DNA of 63,389 nt, the filler included, from Octopus bimaculoides (lineage: Eukaryota): assembly GCF_001194135.2 (NCBI RefSeq). It is 5 parts of 5 records of this genome, joined end to end, with 100 filler letters (N's around TTAATTAATTAA, not from the genome) between each part and the next. Parts side by side here need not be neighbours in the genome. Positions count along the whole stretch, not along the records: positions 10,366 to 17,945 come from NC_068990.1; positions 18,046 to 25,660 come from NC_069001.1; 3 more parts are not named here. One strand, written 5' to 3'. Position 1 is the first letter of the stretch. The number at the start of each line of letters is the position of its first letter. Positions 12,501 to 25,087 of the stretch are shown piece after piece. The notes beneath the pieces are model-generated. The model ran no database searches. It was not told where the DNA came from and saw only the letters and a program-made list of their open reading frames with translations. The position numbers and the translations under genes are program-made.

Positions 12501-13097
12501 AACAACAAACAAGATGAGGACGAATATCCGCCAAATGTAGATAATGTAAATAATGTAAATAATTCCTCATCTCTTAAATATAGAACTGTATTATCTGAAA
12601 TAAACTCGACTGCTCTCACGAATGAAAATACTAAAAATGAACCCGACTGCTCTCAAGAATAATCCAGAATCCTCGTCCGGTACCCAAATCTAGTCAGTTT
12701 ATGCCAGTTACGAGGCCAAACATCCCTGAAAGTTTCAGCCGAATCCATCCAGCGGTTCTTGAGATATTTTGTCCATGGTCAAACAAACAAACAAACAAAC
12801 AGACACAACTGGAAATAAATTATTTAATATATCGAAAGTTTTCTAGTGCATACAAGGAAAGTTTAGCTCTCTGTATATTTTTTATATTCTCTGTATAATC
12901 CTTATGCTATAAGGCACTGTGAAGATTCACAAGTCTAATAACCTTCTCCGACCCATAATCTTCTAAATCAATATACTCTAGCATAGAATTACCAAAAGAC
13001 AAGACAACTTTCTAAAGAATTATTTATTAGGCAGATAAATCATTCAGTTATCTGATGAAATCCATAAATTTTTTCAGGATACCGATAAAATTTGTAC

Positions 13098-13137
<40 letters not shown>

Positions 13138-13141
13138 ATGT

Positions 13142-13421
13142 GTGAAGGCGCGTGGCTTAGTGGTTAGGACATTCGGCTCAAGATCGTAAGGTCGTGAGTT
13201 CAATTCCCGGTGATGCGTTGTGTCCTTGAGCTAGACACTTTATTTCAAGTTGCTCCACTCCACTCAGCTGGGAAAAATGAGTTGTACCTGTATTTCAAAG
13301 GGGGCCAGCCTTGTCACACTCTGTGTCACGCTGAATCTCCCTGAAAACTACATTAAGGGTACACGTGTCTGTGGAGTGCTCAGCCACTTGCACGTTAATT
13401 TCATAAGTAAGCTGTTCCGTT
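13142..13421 (+). mobile_element. tRNA-derived SINE family 3, full length
   Basis: A box TGGCTTAGTGG, B box GAGTTCAATTCC, then GTTGTGTCCTTGAGCTAGACACTT (CORE/V-like) and a tail; inserted after (TA)n. Confidence 0.8.
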
Positions 13422-13789
13422 AAACAAATATTATATATAGCATCAGAATTTAACTGTTGTATAACATTTTAATCCGGCGTTTATGATTTTGTCGTTCATC
13501 ACGCAATTCCGTTCATTACTTGCAGCCTACAGCAAAGTAATAACGTGTGCAAACAATATCTCATTATTAAGCATACTTCATCCTGATGATGAGGCTGTGA
13601 AAGTTAGTCGACAAATGATTTACGAAACTAAATATGAAATAATAAAAAGGAAATAAGAGAAATCTTTAATATAAAGAAACGATAACATTCGAAGCTTGCC
13701 TTGTCGTTAGTCTAAAAATCATATACACAAGTAATCACGTGCAACTGCTCATAAACGCACATACCTACATAAATATACGTACATATATG

Positions 13790-13827
<38 letters not shown>

Positions 13828-14320
13828 TTGAGAGAGTAATTATAATCGTGGCTATCAATTTGTTGTCACTTTATATAAGAACCTGTTTCGAGTAGTCCAT
13901 AAGTAATTGAATAAACCAGTTAAACTCCAGTAGATTAGAAAGGGGTGTACTTTGCAAATTCAATAAATATTGACTATGCTTTATGGAGTGAATTACAATA
14001 ATTAAAATGTGATAACGAGAAATTCAAATTGATGTTACAATCGTTTCAATAAACAAACATTTTTGTTTTGTTTTTTGTTCTGTAGCACATGTATAGAGAT
14101 TTGATAAATACAATGTGTGTGTGTGTGTGTGTGTGCTCGGGCGCAGACAGTTCGCGGTCCACATATGCAGGCACACACATACAATGTAAACATACATATA
14201 ATGAGAAACACTATAGACAGATATTCCTTTAAAAGAAGTCTATCTACACACACACACACACACACACCTATGCACTCACACACACATACAGCGTGACTAT
14301 ATACCTATCCTTATATAAGG

Positions 14321-14733
14321 ATTGCGGTTGCTGTTGGCATTCTTCTGTCTCGGGAGACAATGGAGATGCGCATCTGGAGAGGCAAGTCAAAGTGTCCTCT
14401 CCAGTTTTGCGCACACCTGGGCTAGATGTAAGAAAAATCCTGGGTAGCCAAATCGTCAGGATTCCTCTCTCGACCTTGCTGACGTAGTCCAAAGGAGTGC
14501 AGAGCATTACGTTGGGCACCAGCTTGGTTGCAGGAGCTGCCGGAAGGGTGTCGAGTCGAACACTAAACCGCCTACGGGGCTCCACTCCGGATTTCTTTGA
14601 AGGTTGTCTCCTTTCCGTAGCCCTGGATAGGGGCCCATACTGGATACTGTCAGCCGGAGCCAGCTGAGCCCGGGACTTGTGTCAGGCAGGGGTCGTCAAT
14701 CCCTGAGGTAGTGAAGAAAATCGCTACCCACTA
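14321..14733 (-). mobile_element. RTE-clade LINE 5' UTR fragment with no ORF
   Basis: Minus strand AAATCCGGAGTGGAGCCCCGTAGGCGG...CAGCTCCTGCAACCAAGCTGGTGCC...CCTTTGGACTACGTCAGCAAGGTCGAGAG resembles RTE/BovB-type 5' UTRs (recall). GC-rich island in AT-rich context. Confidence 0.6.
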
Positions 14734-15392
14734 CCTATATAAAGATAGGTATATACATATCCTTATATATANNNNNNNNNNNNNNNNNNNNNNNNNNNNN
14801 NNNNNNNNNNNNNNNNNNNNNNNNNNNNNNNNNNNNNNNNNNNNNNNNNNNNNNNNNNNNNNNNNNNNNNNNNNNNNNNNNNNNNNNNNNNNNNNNNNNN
14901 NNNNNNNNNNNNNNNNNNNNNNNNNNNNNNNNNNNNNNNNNNNNNNNNNNNNNNNNNNNNNNNNNNNNNNNNNNNNNNNNNNNNNNNNNNNNNNNNNNNN
15001 NNNNNNNNNNNNNNNNNNNNNNNNNNNNNNNNNNNNNNNNNNNNNNNNNNNNNNNNNNNNNNNNNNNNNNNNNNNNNNNNNNNNNNNNNNNNNNNNNNNN
15101 NNNNNNNNNNNNNNNNNNNNNNNNNNNNNNNNNNNNNNNNNNNNNNNNNNNNNNNNNNNNNNNNNNNNNNNNNNNNNNNNNNNNNNNNNNNNNNNNNNNN
15201 NNNNNNNNNNNNNNNNNNNNNNNNNNNNNNNNNNNNNNNNNNNNNNNNNNNNNNNNNNNNNNNNNNNNNNNNNNNNNNNNNNNNNNNNNNNNNNNNNNNN
15301 NNNNNNNNNNNNNNNNNNNNNNNNNNNNNNNNNNNNNNNNNNNNNNNNNNNNNNNNNNNNNNNNNNNNNNNNNNNNNNNNNNNNNNNNNNNN

Positions 15393-15469
<77 letters not shown>

Positions 15470-16574
15470 TCGCTTAGGCATTGTGATACTATTAACCTGG
15501 TGTAGAACTCAATATATGTATATTTCAGAACAAATTATTAGATGAGTCTAGAGCGGTAATAAGAGCGGCATATGTACGTGCAACGCGCGTGTGTGCATGT
15601 GTGTGTGTACTTGCTTTATTTCGAGTGAGTGCGCATGTGTATTTATTCAAATATTTTTCATAATTTTTCTACTTGTAAATCTAATTACCTTTTGGCCATA
15701 TTCTTTTATATACATCAGCAATGAGTTGCCCAATGGTAAAATCTCCCCTGTGTTTTGTACAAATGTTATCCTTTTTCCCTCAAATATATTGCACTTTATA
15801 TTCAAGGCCCCGATGAAGCTATAGGATGTTATTCAGGCTCTCAACTACGAGTCCACTGCATCTTGTAGCCGAAACAGCTGTAAGCTAATGCAGTTCGAAG
15901 GATGACATTTGGTTTTTCTGGTGTCATCGCTTTTTCTCATACAATTAATAGCACCAGAAGCAGTATTAATACCAAAAGGCAACCTTCATCTTAAACTTAA
16001 CCTGTATGTTGGGTTTGAATCCAGAATACTGCGTCATTTGCATTGAGAGGGCTTCTCATAAGGTCTCGTGGTGCAAAAAAGCACTCGTATTTATATCGCT
16101 GAAAGACGAGAATCGTCCACTACGGCCACCACCAGCACCACCACCACCACCACCACCACTACCACACCACTGTCACCATGACCCGGTTACGATTCTCCCA
16201 GGCATTGTGGATGCCGAAGTGGGAGAGATTCTGAGCTCAATGAATATACGGAGAGGAAATAATCGCAGATCGCTACGCAAACAGCTATGTCCGCTTATCT
16301 ATGGGAAATTGCTAGGATACCGAAGTATCCATAGAGATATAGTTATGTTCACGCACAAACGCACACACACACATACACACATACACACACATACACACAC
16401 TCACACACACACACACACTCACAAACACAGAGACACACTCAAACACAAACATACACACATCCACACACATACACACATACAAACACACACTCACACTCAC
16501 ACTCACACACACACACGCATATATGTGTATGGGTAGATAGATCGACAGTGTGATATATATGTGAGTATGCATGT

Positions 16575-16661
16575 ATTCTTTTTATTCTTTTTATTTTACT
16601 TATTTGACTGCGACCATGCTGGAGCATTGATTTAGTCGAGAAAATTGACCCCAGGATTTAT
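16575..16661 (-). mobile_element. 3' end of OR2-like SINE running into a gap
   Basis: TTTGACTGCGACCATGCTGGAGCA...AATTGACCCCAGG. Confidence 0.75.
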
Positions 16662-17567
16662 NNNNNNNNNNNNNNNNNNNNNNNNNNNNNNNNNNNNNNN
16701 NNNNNNNNNNNNNNNNNNNNNNNNNNNNNNNNNNNNNNNNNNNNNNNNNNNNNNNNNNNNNNNNNNNNNNNNNNNNNNNNNNNNNNNNNNNNNNNNNNNN
16801 NNNNNNNNNNNNNNNNNNNNNNNNNNNNNNNNNNNNNNNNNNNNNNNNNNNNNNNNNNNNNNNNNNNNNNNNNNNNNNNNNNNNNNNNNNNNNNNNNNNN
16901 NNNNNNNNNNNNNNNNNNNNNNNNNNNNNNNNNNNNNNNNNNNNNNNNNNNNNNNNNNNNNNNNNNNNNNNNNNNNNNNNNNNNNNNNNNNNNNNNNNNN
17001 NNNNNNNNNNNNNNNNNNNNNNNNNNNNNNNNNNNNNNNNNNNNNNNNNNNNNNNNNNNNNNNNNNNNNNNNNNNNNNNNNNNNNNNNNNNNNNNNNNNN
17101 NNNNNNNNNNNNNNNNNNNNNNNNNNNNNNNNNNNNNNNNNNNNNNNNNNNNNNNNNNNNNNNNNNNNNNNNNNNNNNNNNNNNNNNNNNNNNNNNNNNN
17201 NNNNNNNNNNNNNNNNNNNNNNNNNNNNNNNNNNNNNNNNNNNNNNNNNNNNNNNNNNNNNNNNNNNNNNNNNNNNNNNNNNNNNNNNNNNNNNNNNNNN
17301 NNNNNNNNNNNNNNNNNNNNNNNNNNNNNNNNNNNNNNNNNNNNNNNNNNNNNNNNNNNNNNNNNNNNNNNNNNNNNNNNNNNNNNNNNNNNNNNNNNNN
17401 NNNNNNNNNNNNNNNNNNNNNNNNNNNNNNNNNNNNNNNNNNNNNNNNNNNNNNNNNNNNNNNNNNNNNNNNNNNNNNNNNNNNNNNNNNNNNNNNNNNN
17501 NNNNNNNNNNNNNNNNNNNNNNNNNNNNNNNNNNNNNNNNNNNNNNNNNNNNNNNNNNNNNNNNNNN

Positions 17568-17600
<33 letters not shown>

Positions 17601-17805
17601 AAGTATATGCATATAGAAGTGGTGGGGGCTACTTATAAGTACATATATACATTACAATGTATTCATTCATATATAAATACCTGTGTACATATAAATACAT
17701 ACGTGTTTGTGTGTGCGTGCGTGTGTGTGTGTGTGTTTGTTTGTATGTGTGTGTACAGTGAGAGGGGGTGCGCAAAGAAAGATACAGACAGATAAACGGA
17801 CGGAG

Positions 17806-17807
<2 letters not shown>

Positions 17808-17847
<40 letters not shown>

Positions 17848-17894
17848 GTAGGTAGGTAGGTAGGTAGGTAGGTAGGTGGATCGGTAGGTAAGTG

Positions 17895-17930
<36 letters not shown>
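17808..17930. repeat. (GATA)n/(GGTA)n microsatellite
   Basis: Directly visible. Confidence 0.95.
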
Positions 17931-17931
<1 letters not shown>

Positions 17932-19344
17932 ATAGCTAAATATATNNNNNNNNNNNNNNNNNNNNNNNNNNNNNNNNNNNNNNNNNNNNTTAATTAATTA
18001 ANNNNNNNNNNNNNNNNNNNNNNNNNNNNNNNNNNNNNNNNNNNNATGAAAAGAATTTAGGAAAATCTATGATTTTTTCCCTCTGTTTTTTGTTTGCACT
18101 ATATGCACTTAAAAATTATGAGAGAAGCCTTTTTGGTAGAAAAAAAAACTTTCAAACAAAAAGATGTGTGATTTAAGGGAGATTTAGCTGTTGTTTCTAG
18201 CACAACCCACAACTACTTGATACCTTTCTCAGAATTTCATGTAGACCTAGATTAAAACAGAAACAAAATGTGAAAATTAATTCCTTGCTTTAAGCATTAA
18301 AAACATAAATTAAAAGTATTAACAACATTTGTAACTTACAACAAACTTGTTAATAGGAGAGAGAGAGAGAGAGAGAAAAAAACAAAATGAATTTATAAAC
18401 ACTGATATAAATCATCCCAACTGTATTCAAAATCTACAAAATTATATTTGTTGCACAATATAATTTTTATTGGCGGAATTTAATTAATATCTCTCAAAGA
18501 AAAACAAAATTTACATGACCATGTTAGGTTTGCTTAGCAGCTCTCCACATGTTAAAACAGTGAGAAGGAATAAACATACTCAATGCAATGATTTTATGCT
18601 AGGTTTGGGCTCTAGAAGACTTATTAAACTCAATTATGTGCATTTATATATGTTTATTTAGTAATTAGCTCATCCAGTTCTTAAAATTCTGGCTCAAACT
18701 CAATATTTGAAGCCTTGGATTTGTGGTGTTCTCTTTGACTTCTTGCCATGCACAAATACATGAGTTCAGCAAGTAGGATCGGTATACCACCCCCTTTACT
18801 CACTTTGTGCTTTTTCTCCATATCATTGCTAGATTTAGCAATGACCATATTGAATTTATGAGAAAATTTATTTCTTATGATATAAAAATCTTGAAGAAAA
18901 TGTGTCCTTTTGTAAGTGAAAATTAACAATGGAATTTTAACTTTTATATTTCACAACAATTATCTGACCTACCTCCATCGATTTTTATATCAAAATAAAG
19001 CAAAAACCTTCCTCTTCGTGACAGTATGATTTTTAACACAACTTGAGCACATTGGACTAGAATGAGGGCTACCATTCAGTAGTCAAAGATATAAAAAAAA
19101 AAAACAGGACAAATGCATGGAACTACCAGGGTGTTTGAGGGACCCTGACATGATAGATAACTATCAGATTTTGATTTAAACTATATGAGAAGAAAGTTCA
19201 CATCCAGAACTTTCAAACACTATATAATAATCTTCAGAAAATATTTATTTTGACATGAAAATAATGAAGTAAAAATGTGTTTTTGCATGTTCAAACTGTG
19301 CTTCCTTCCATTGTATGGCATTCTATAGTGATACCTACTTTAAG

Positions 19345-21965
19345 ATACTTTGATTCCAGATTTTGCTTCCACACCTGGAATTTCTTTTCTAGCCTTGTTA
19401 CAGATTCTGCTATGAGGGCAAGCTCATCAGCATATAGTAGTTACCATGGGCTTCCAGTCTTAAATTCCACTGTTATGGCCTGGAGGATGATGGTGAATAG
19501 GAGGGGGCTGATGACTGACCCTTTTGCATACCTCCCTTGTACACTATATTCATCACTGTACTCATGGCTAACTCTTACCTTACTATCAGCATGCCTGTAC
19601 ATAGCCTTTACTGTTTTCACAAGTCATTCATCTACCCCTAGCTTCCCCCAGAGACCACCATATCACAAAGTGAGGTACTCTGTTGAAGGCTTTCTCCAGT
19701 TCAGCAAATGCCAAGAACAACAGTTTATTCTTAACTAAATACTTCTCTTGCAGTTGCCTGACCATGAAAATAGCATCCAAGCTGCATTTCTTCTAGTCTA
19801 ATTCTGTTCCTAGTTAATTGGGCTATATCTCTCTCTGTAAATTTTGATGCATGTTATGCATGTGAGGCTCTGTGTGAATGATATAACAACACCAAGCAAA
19901 CATTTAATAGTAACTTTTATTTCACTGCACAAGTAATAATGAGGTTGGTCATGAATTATAAAGTTCCACAACAAATCATCTTTGAATGAATAATTCAGTT
20001 ATGTTCATAAATAATTAATTACAAAAACTCTGTACTGAAGTTTGTTAGGACAGGAGAAAATGTACACAGATTCATATCAACCAACTATATAGACTTATAC
20101 AAGTTGAGCAGAAAGTCATTAAAAGAACTACTATAAATGGTAAGAGAATGTTTGAAGCTGGACCACAGGTTACCACACACTCTGCCAGTTGGTACTAATA
20201 GACAACCCTTGTACTGAGATGTTTCATAAGGATCTAGAAGAACCTATAATGTGAAGTCTGACTGCTGGTTGGTCAGTAACTCGACCTTTCACATGAACAA
20301 GGTTGTGCTATGTTATGACTTAAGCGTTGTAATTTGACAACTTGGTTTCAAGTCTTGCTACACTTTCATCACCTGGTCCAGTAATTTGATGCCTCTATAA
20401 TTACCTCTATCTAAGGCATTTACCTTACCCTAGTAGTAGCTGACTGTGATGTTGCTACATCAGTCACTGAATATTACACCTTCCCGAATAACCTGATCAA
20501 CTATACAGATTACTTGACCATATCCTGCTCTACCAGATATTTTAAGCATTTCAGCAGTGGCTCCCAGTCTTCGTATCTTTAATTGCCTTATCTATAATAC
20601 TACTGTCAACTAGGATAGTTGGTCCCTCTGTTGAATTCAAATGGGGGGAGACTCCCTTTCTCCCATTCATTCTCCATATTTAATAACCTTTTATAGTAGC
20701 TTTTCCACACCTCTTTCTTTTCAGAATCACTAAGTACATGCAAACTATCATCCATCCATACACACTTCCCTCCCACAGCCTCTCAATTCTCTCCGACACA
20801 CTGTCTAGCAATCCAGAACACCTCAAGTCTCTGATCTTCATGCTGTAAGTCATTGACAAATTTCTTTCTTTCTGCTTCTACCCTCACCATATAATCCTGA
20901 CACCTAGCTTCTATTTCAGCTGTTCTTTGCTACCCCCACTTTTCCACTCTTTCCAAACCTGTCTCTTCCCTTTTATCGTCCTGTTGACCTTGCTGTTCCA
21001 CCACTATATTACCACAGATTTGTCTGTTACCTTCAGTAGATTGTCCTGTAAAAACTTCCAGTTGTCCTCTGTGTCTTATGTCTCTATCTCTTCCTCCTCC
21101 TCTTCAAAGGCTTCATTAAGAATGTTTCTAAATCTCTACTTGTTTGAAGGATCCTTGAGCTTTCATAATCTCCTTTTTTATATCAGTTTGTCTCTGGATC
21201 CTTCTAACCCTTAGTCTGAAGTCATTAACCTGTGTTGATTTGTACATTCTTCACCTATGAAGAACTTTGCACCTGATAGATGAGTGATCAGATGGCTGGC
21301 AGGTTCTTTGAAGTTGGTGTTGCAAACCAGTAAGTCATTTGCATCTCAAAACTCCAGCAGCCTTGTTGCCTCCTCATTTCTTGAACCAAAGCTGTGGCCT
21401 CCATGCATGCTATGAAATCCATCAGAGTGCTTTCTAACATGCCATTAAAGTCCTCTACTACAATGAGAACATCATTATCTTTTGTCGTCAAGATAGTCCA
21501 TGGAAGGGATTCATAGACACAGTTCCTGTGAATATTTGAGTCTGACATGGAACATATGCAGAGATAAATGACATTGCTTCATTAAACAAGATTATTCTTA
21601 GCTTAATAATACTATCACACACTCTGACTACCTCAATCACCTTATCCACCTATTTCTCTGCCACTAGAGTATCTTCACCACCTAAACCATCATTGCTGCC
21701 CACCCAGAAAATCTTTTGTTTATGTCTCTTGCCTGCAAGCAATTTAGCTGAAATTCCCCTCCATCATACCTCTTGCACACAGCACACATCTACATACTTC
21801 CATTCAAGCATTTCAACAACCTCACCAGACCTACCTTTCATTGTACCAATGTTGATTGTGGCAGCTCTGAGGTTGTGAACCTGGGACACCTGGGAGGGAA
21901 GTTGGGAGAATCTTTTCAGCATCTGGAAAGACGAAAATCTTTGTGGTAACTTACCTGGAGACAAC
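19345..21965 (-). pseudogene. decayed RTE-clade LINE ORF (APE endonuclease + reverse transcriptase)
   Basis: Minus-strand peptides LRAATINIGTMKGRSGEVVEMLE..DVCCVQE (APE, ~21870), NYRGIKLLDQVMK, LAFAELEKAFNRVP and QKGSVISPLLF..LLYADELALIAES (YADD to YADE at 19423-19434). Many stops and frameshifts; ~520-bp unrelated insert at ~19810-20330. Confidence 0.9.
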
Positions 21966-22292
21966 CGTCCTTGTGTTTAGTGTAAGCAGATACAGGTATA
22001 GGTTGCAACATGAATTACAATTTCAATTTCCTTCAGTCTCTTAAAGCCTTTGTGAGTATGCAACTGTTAGTAGCAAGGAGTAGATAAGGTTAAGAAAGGG
22101 GAGAAGTGTTTTCATTATTATTAAAGCAACAATTAGTTTTCAGTAATGCAGAAGGAGCCAAGTACACCATGTTGATATATACTTCTAAATTATCATCAAC
22201 TTTATAGTATAGACATATATGTAAACACACATACATTTACACATAAGTACATACATGAAACAATGCATTACAAGTAGAAACATGGTGTCTTT

Positions 22293-22613
22293 CATCATCA
22301 TCATCATTATCATCGTTTAACGTCCACTTTCCATGCTAGCATGGGTTGGACGATTTGACTGAGGACCGGTGAACCAGATGGCTACACCAGGTTCCAATCT
22401 GATTTGGCAGAGTTTCTACAGCTGGATGCCCTTCCTAACGCTAACCACTCCGAGAGAGTAGTGGATGCTTTTACGTGCCACCGGTACAAAGGCCAGTCAG
22501 GTAGTACTGGCAACGGCCACGCTCAAAATGGTGTATTTTACGTACCGCCTGCACAAGAACCAGTCCAGCGGCACTGGCAACAATCTCGCTCGAATATCTT
22601 TACACGTGCCACC
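22293..22613 (-). mobile_element. RTE-type 3' end or RTE-mobilised SINE with (GAT)n tail, copy 1
   Basis: Minus strand ends GGTTAGCGTTAGGAAGGGCATCCAGCTGTAGAAAC...CCCATGCTAGCATGGAAAGTGGACGTTAAACGATGAT. Confidence 0.8.
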
Positions 22614-23002
22614 ATGTATATATAAAAATTATAAATATTATTGCTATACAATAGTATTATTTTCCAGCTAAATAAAGCACCGTAAAAGTAGAATTATAAA
22701 TAGGAAATAGTGGTGCAACAAGGCACCAATGTTTGCTGGAAATAGCAGTTGATGATGGTATGATGCTATGTAAAGCTTCACTGAATGTATAGAGGCAAAT
22801 ATTGGTGCCATATTGTGCCACTATTATATATAATAACCCATTTAGGATATTATTACAGCAACAATATTTTCACAAAACGATCGTAAGATAATTTTAGATT
22901 GCCAACATACACATATATTCACTCACACATACATATTTTTATATTTAAACTTATATATTTATTATTATATTTCTATAACTATTTTTTTATATATATAATA
23001 TT

Positions 23003-24113
23003 ATTTTTTCTACATTTTTATAACTTATGGCAAAAAATATGTGATATAAAAAATATATATCCTTTTGAAAGCTTCGAATATTGATTTCCTAACTCCAACA
23101 TATCTACATATGTTTTTTTATAAAATAGCTCGTATTAACTATATTAATATGCTAAAATTTATTTAAAAAAAAAATGTAATATTATTGATACCATAATATA
23201 TACACAAGCACTCAATATAAATTCAGCATATCATAGCCTTGGCTATGTCAAGATGGATTTTTATGTATTCTTCTTCCCACTTAGATTTTAAATGTTGCCA
23301 CAATAGTAATATGTTCATTCTGCTGTAATTTTCTATATTCTTGCGCAGCTGAAGATTGCTCTGCATTTTGCATTTAAAGTAATGCCCGCATTACTTAAAT
23401 AAATGGAGTAGCATGAAACGTGCGTACTGCAATAACCTTTAAAATCCGTGTTGCTTTTTTGATGTTTGATCACCTTGTTTTGGGAATTGTTTGGATAATA
23501 CCATACTATATTCTGGTGCCTAACTTAAGTACCACATTCAATTTTGAATCTAAATCTTTTATATATCATTATCATCGTTTAACGTCCGCTTTCCATGCTA
23601 GCATGGGTTGGACGATTCGACTGAGGACTGGTGAACCAGATGGCTACACCAGGCTCCAATCTGATTTGGCAGAGTTTCTACAGCTGGATGCCCTTCCTAA
23701 TGCCAACTACTCCGAGAGTGTAGTGGGTGCTTTTACGTGCCACTGGCACGAAGGCCAGTCGGGCAGTACTGGCAACGGCCATGCTCAAAATGGTGTATTT
23801 TACGTGCCACCTGCACAGGAGCCAGTCCAGCGGCACTGGCAATGATCTTGCTCANNNNNNNNNNNNNNNNNNNNNNNNNNNNNNNNNNNNNNNNNNNNNN
23901 NNNNNNNNNNNNNNNNNNNNNNNNNNNNNNNNNNNNNNNNNNNNNNNNNNNNNNNNNNNNNNNNNNNNNNNNNNNNNTTAATACGAGCTATTTTATAAAA
24001 AAACATATGTAGATATGTTGGAGTTAGGAAATCCAATATTCGAAGCTTTCAAAAGGATATATATTTTTTATATCACATATTTTTTGCCTTAAGTTATAAA
24101 AATGTAGAAAAAA
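23003..24113. repeat. near-perfect inverted duplication, arms 23003-23138 and 23978-24113
   Basis: About 136 bp with ~2 differences. The right arm starts at a gap edge. Confidence 0.85.
23566..23854 (-). mobile_element. RTE-type 3' end / SINE with (GAT)n tail, copy 2 (runs into a gap)
   Basis: Highly similar to 22293-22613. Confidence 0.8.
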
Positions 24114-24124
24114 TTATATTAAAA

Positions 24125-24602
24125 AATTGCAAGCCGACTGACTTATCCCGATTAATCTTTGCTCTTGCCACTGTCTTGTAGTCCTCAATAACCTTGCCTA
24201 CTTTACATAGGCGTGTCGTTGTGGTCACGCTGATGGTGATGTCATCCGCATACGCTGTAACAAACTCCTCTAAACCCGGTACTCTTGGGATCTCCCTCAA
24301 CTTTCTCAGCACCAGCTCAAGAGCCACCACGTACAAAAGCGGAGAGAGTGGACACTCCTGGTGAACCGAACGTCTGATGCAGAACGGTTTAGAAAGAAAA
24401 CCGTTCACCCAAACTATCGAGTCGATATTGTGATACAATTGAATAGTCCACCTGAGAAAACCAAGGCGCAGGCCAAACCTCGCAAGAACACTCGCCAGGT
24501 ACCGATGGCTAGCCCTTTCGAAAGCCTTAGATTGGTCTAAATGTACCAATGCCCTTCCTCTGCCAGTCTTAGCGCCAAACCTCTCTATTGTATAGCGGAT
24601 AA
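24125..24602 (-). pseudogene. Tx1/L1-clade reverse transcriptase fragment (core)
   Basis: IRYTIER..ALVHLDQSKAF..SVHQECPLSPLLYVVALE..TAYADDITI..KINRDKS; YADD at 24241-24252. Confidence 0.9.
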
Positions 24603-24876
24603 TCATCATCATCATCATCACCTTTTAACTTCCACATTCCATGCTAGCATGGGTTGGACGATTTGACTGAGGACTGGTGAAACCAGATGGCTACACCAGA
24701 TTCCAATCTGATTTGGCAGAGTTTCTACAGCTGGATGCCCTTCCTAACACCAACCACTCAGAGAGTGTAGTGGGTGCTTTTACATGCCACCAGCATGAAG
24801 GCCAGTCAGGCAGTACTGGCAACGGCCATGCTCAAAATGGTGTATTTTATGTGCCACCCGCACAAGAACCAGTCCA
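24603..24876 (-). mobile_element. RTE-type 3' end / SINE with (GAT)n tail, copy 3, inside the insertion that splits the Tx1 RT
   Basis: Highly similar to copies 1 and 2. Confidence 0.8.
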
Positions 24877-25087
24877 TGCACACACAATATGATATTTGTA
24901 ATAGCAGAAACACACATAATACACTCAAATGACATGCCTCTACAGTGATTCTCCCCTATATTCCCCTCACAAAATATTGATCAATCTAAAACTTGGTTAA
25001 GATGTTACACACTAATATCTCACTTAGAACTACAGAGTCACAAAATTAACTTTTTTAACCACACAGCCATGTCTGTATACACACACT

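Larger units (their letters stand above)
12135..12592 (+). mobile_element. tRNA-headed retroelement with hammerhead tail, 5' inverted copy and 13-bp TSD
   Basis: TSD ATCTGAAATAAAC at 12122-12134 and 12593-12605. Inverted repeat 12133-12290 / 12399-12556 with 2 mismatches. A box TGGCGTAGTGG 12304-12314, B box GAGTTCGATTC 12347-12357. Confidence 0.85.
12040..12820 (+). mobile_element. Helentron/HINE-like non-autonomous element, interrupted at 12134 by the HHR-SINE
   Basis: 5' AACAAGAGCACTCAGAGAGCACAAACCTTCGCCATGGC and 3' AAAGTTTCAGCCGAATCCATCCAGCGGTTCTTGAGAT...(CAAA)n match the recalled architecture of such elements. The two halves rejoin across a duplicated ATCTGAAATAAAC. Confidence 0.55.

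Noticed and set aside
14640-14705. HDV-like ribozyme at the RTE 5' end
   Set aside because: P1- and P4-like hairpins and a GG are visible, but I could not build P2, P3 or L3. It is left as a suggested check only.
10890-17616. Long ORFs spanning N runs (e.g. 10890-11720, 14711-15505, 16632-17612; likewise 49210-50926 and 56311-57187)
   Set aside because: They are artefacts of translating gaps.
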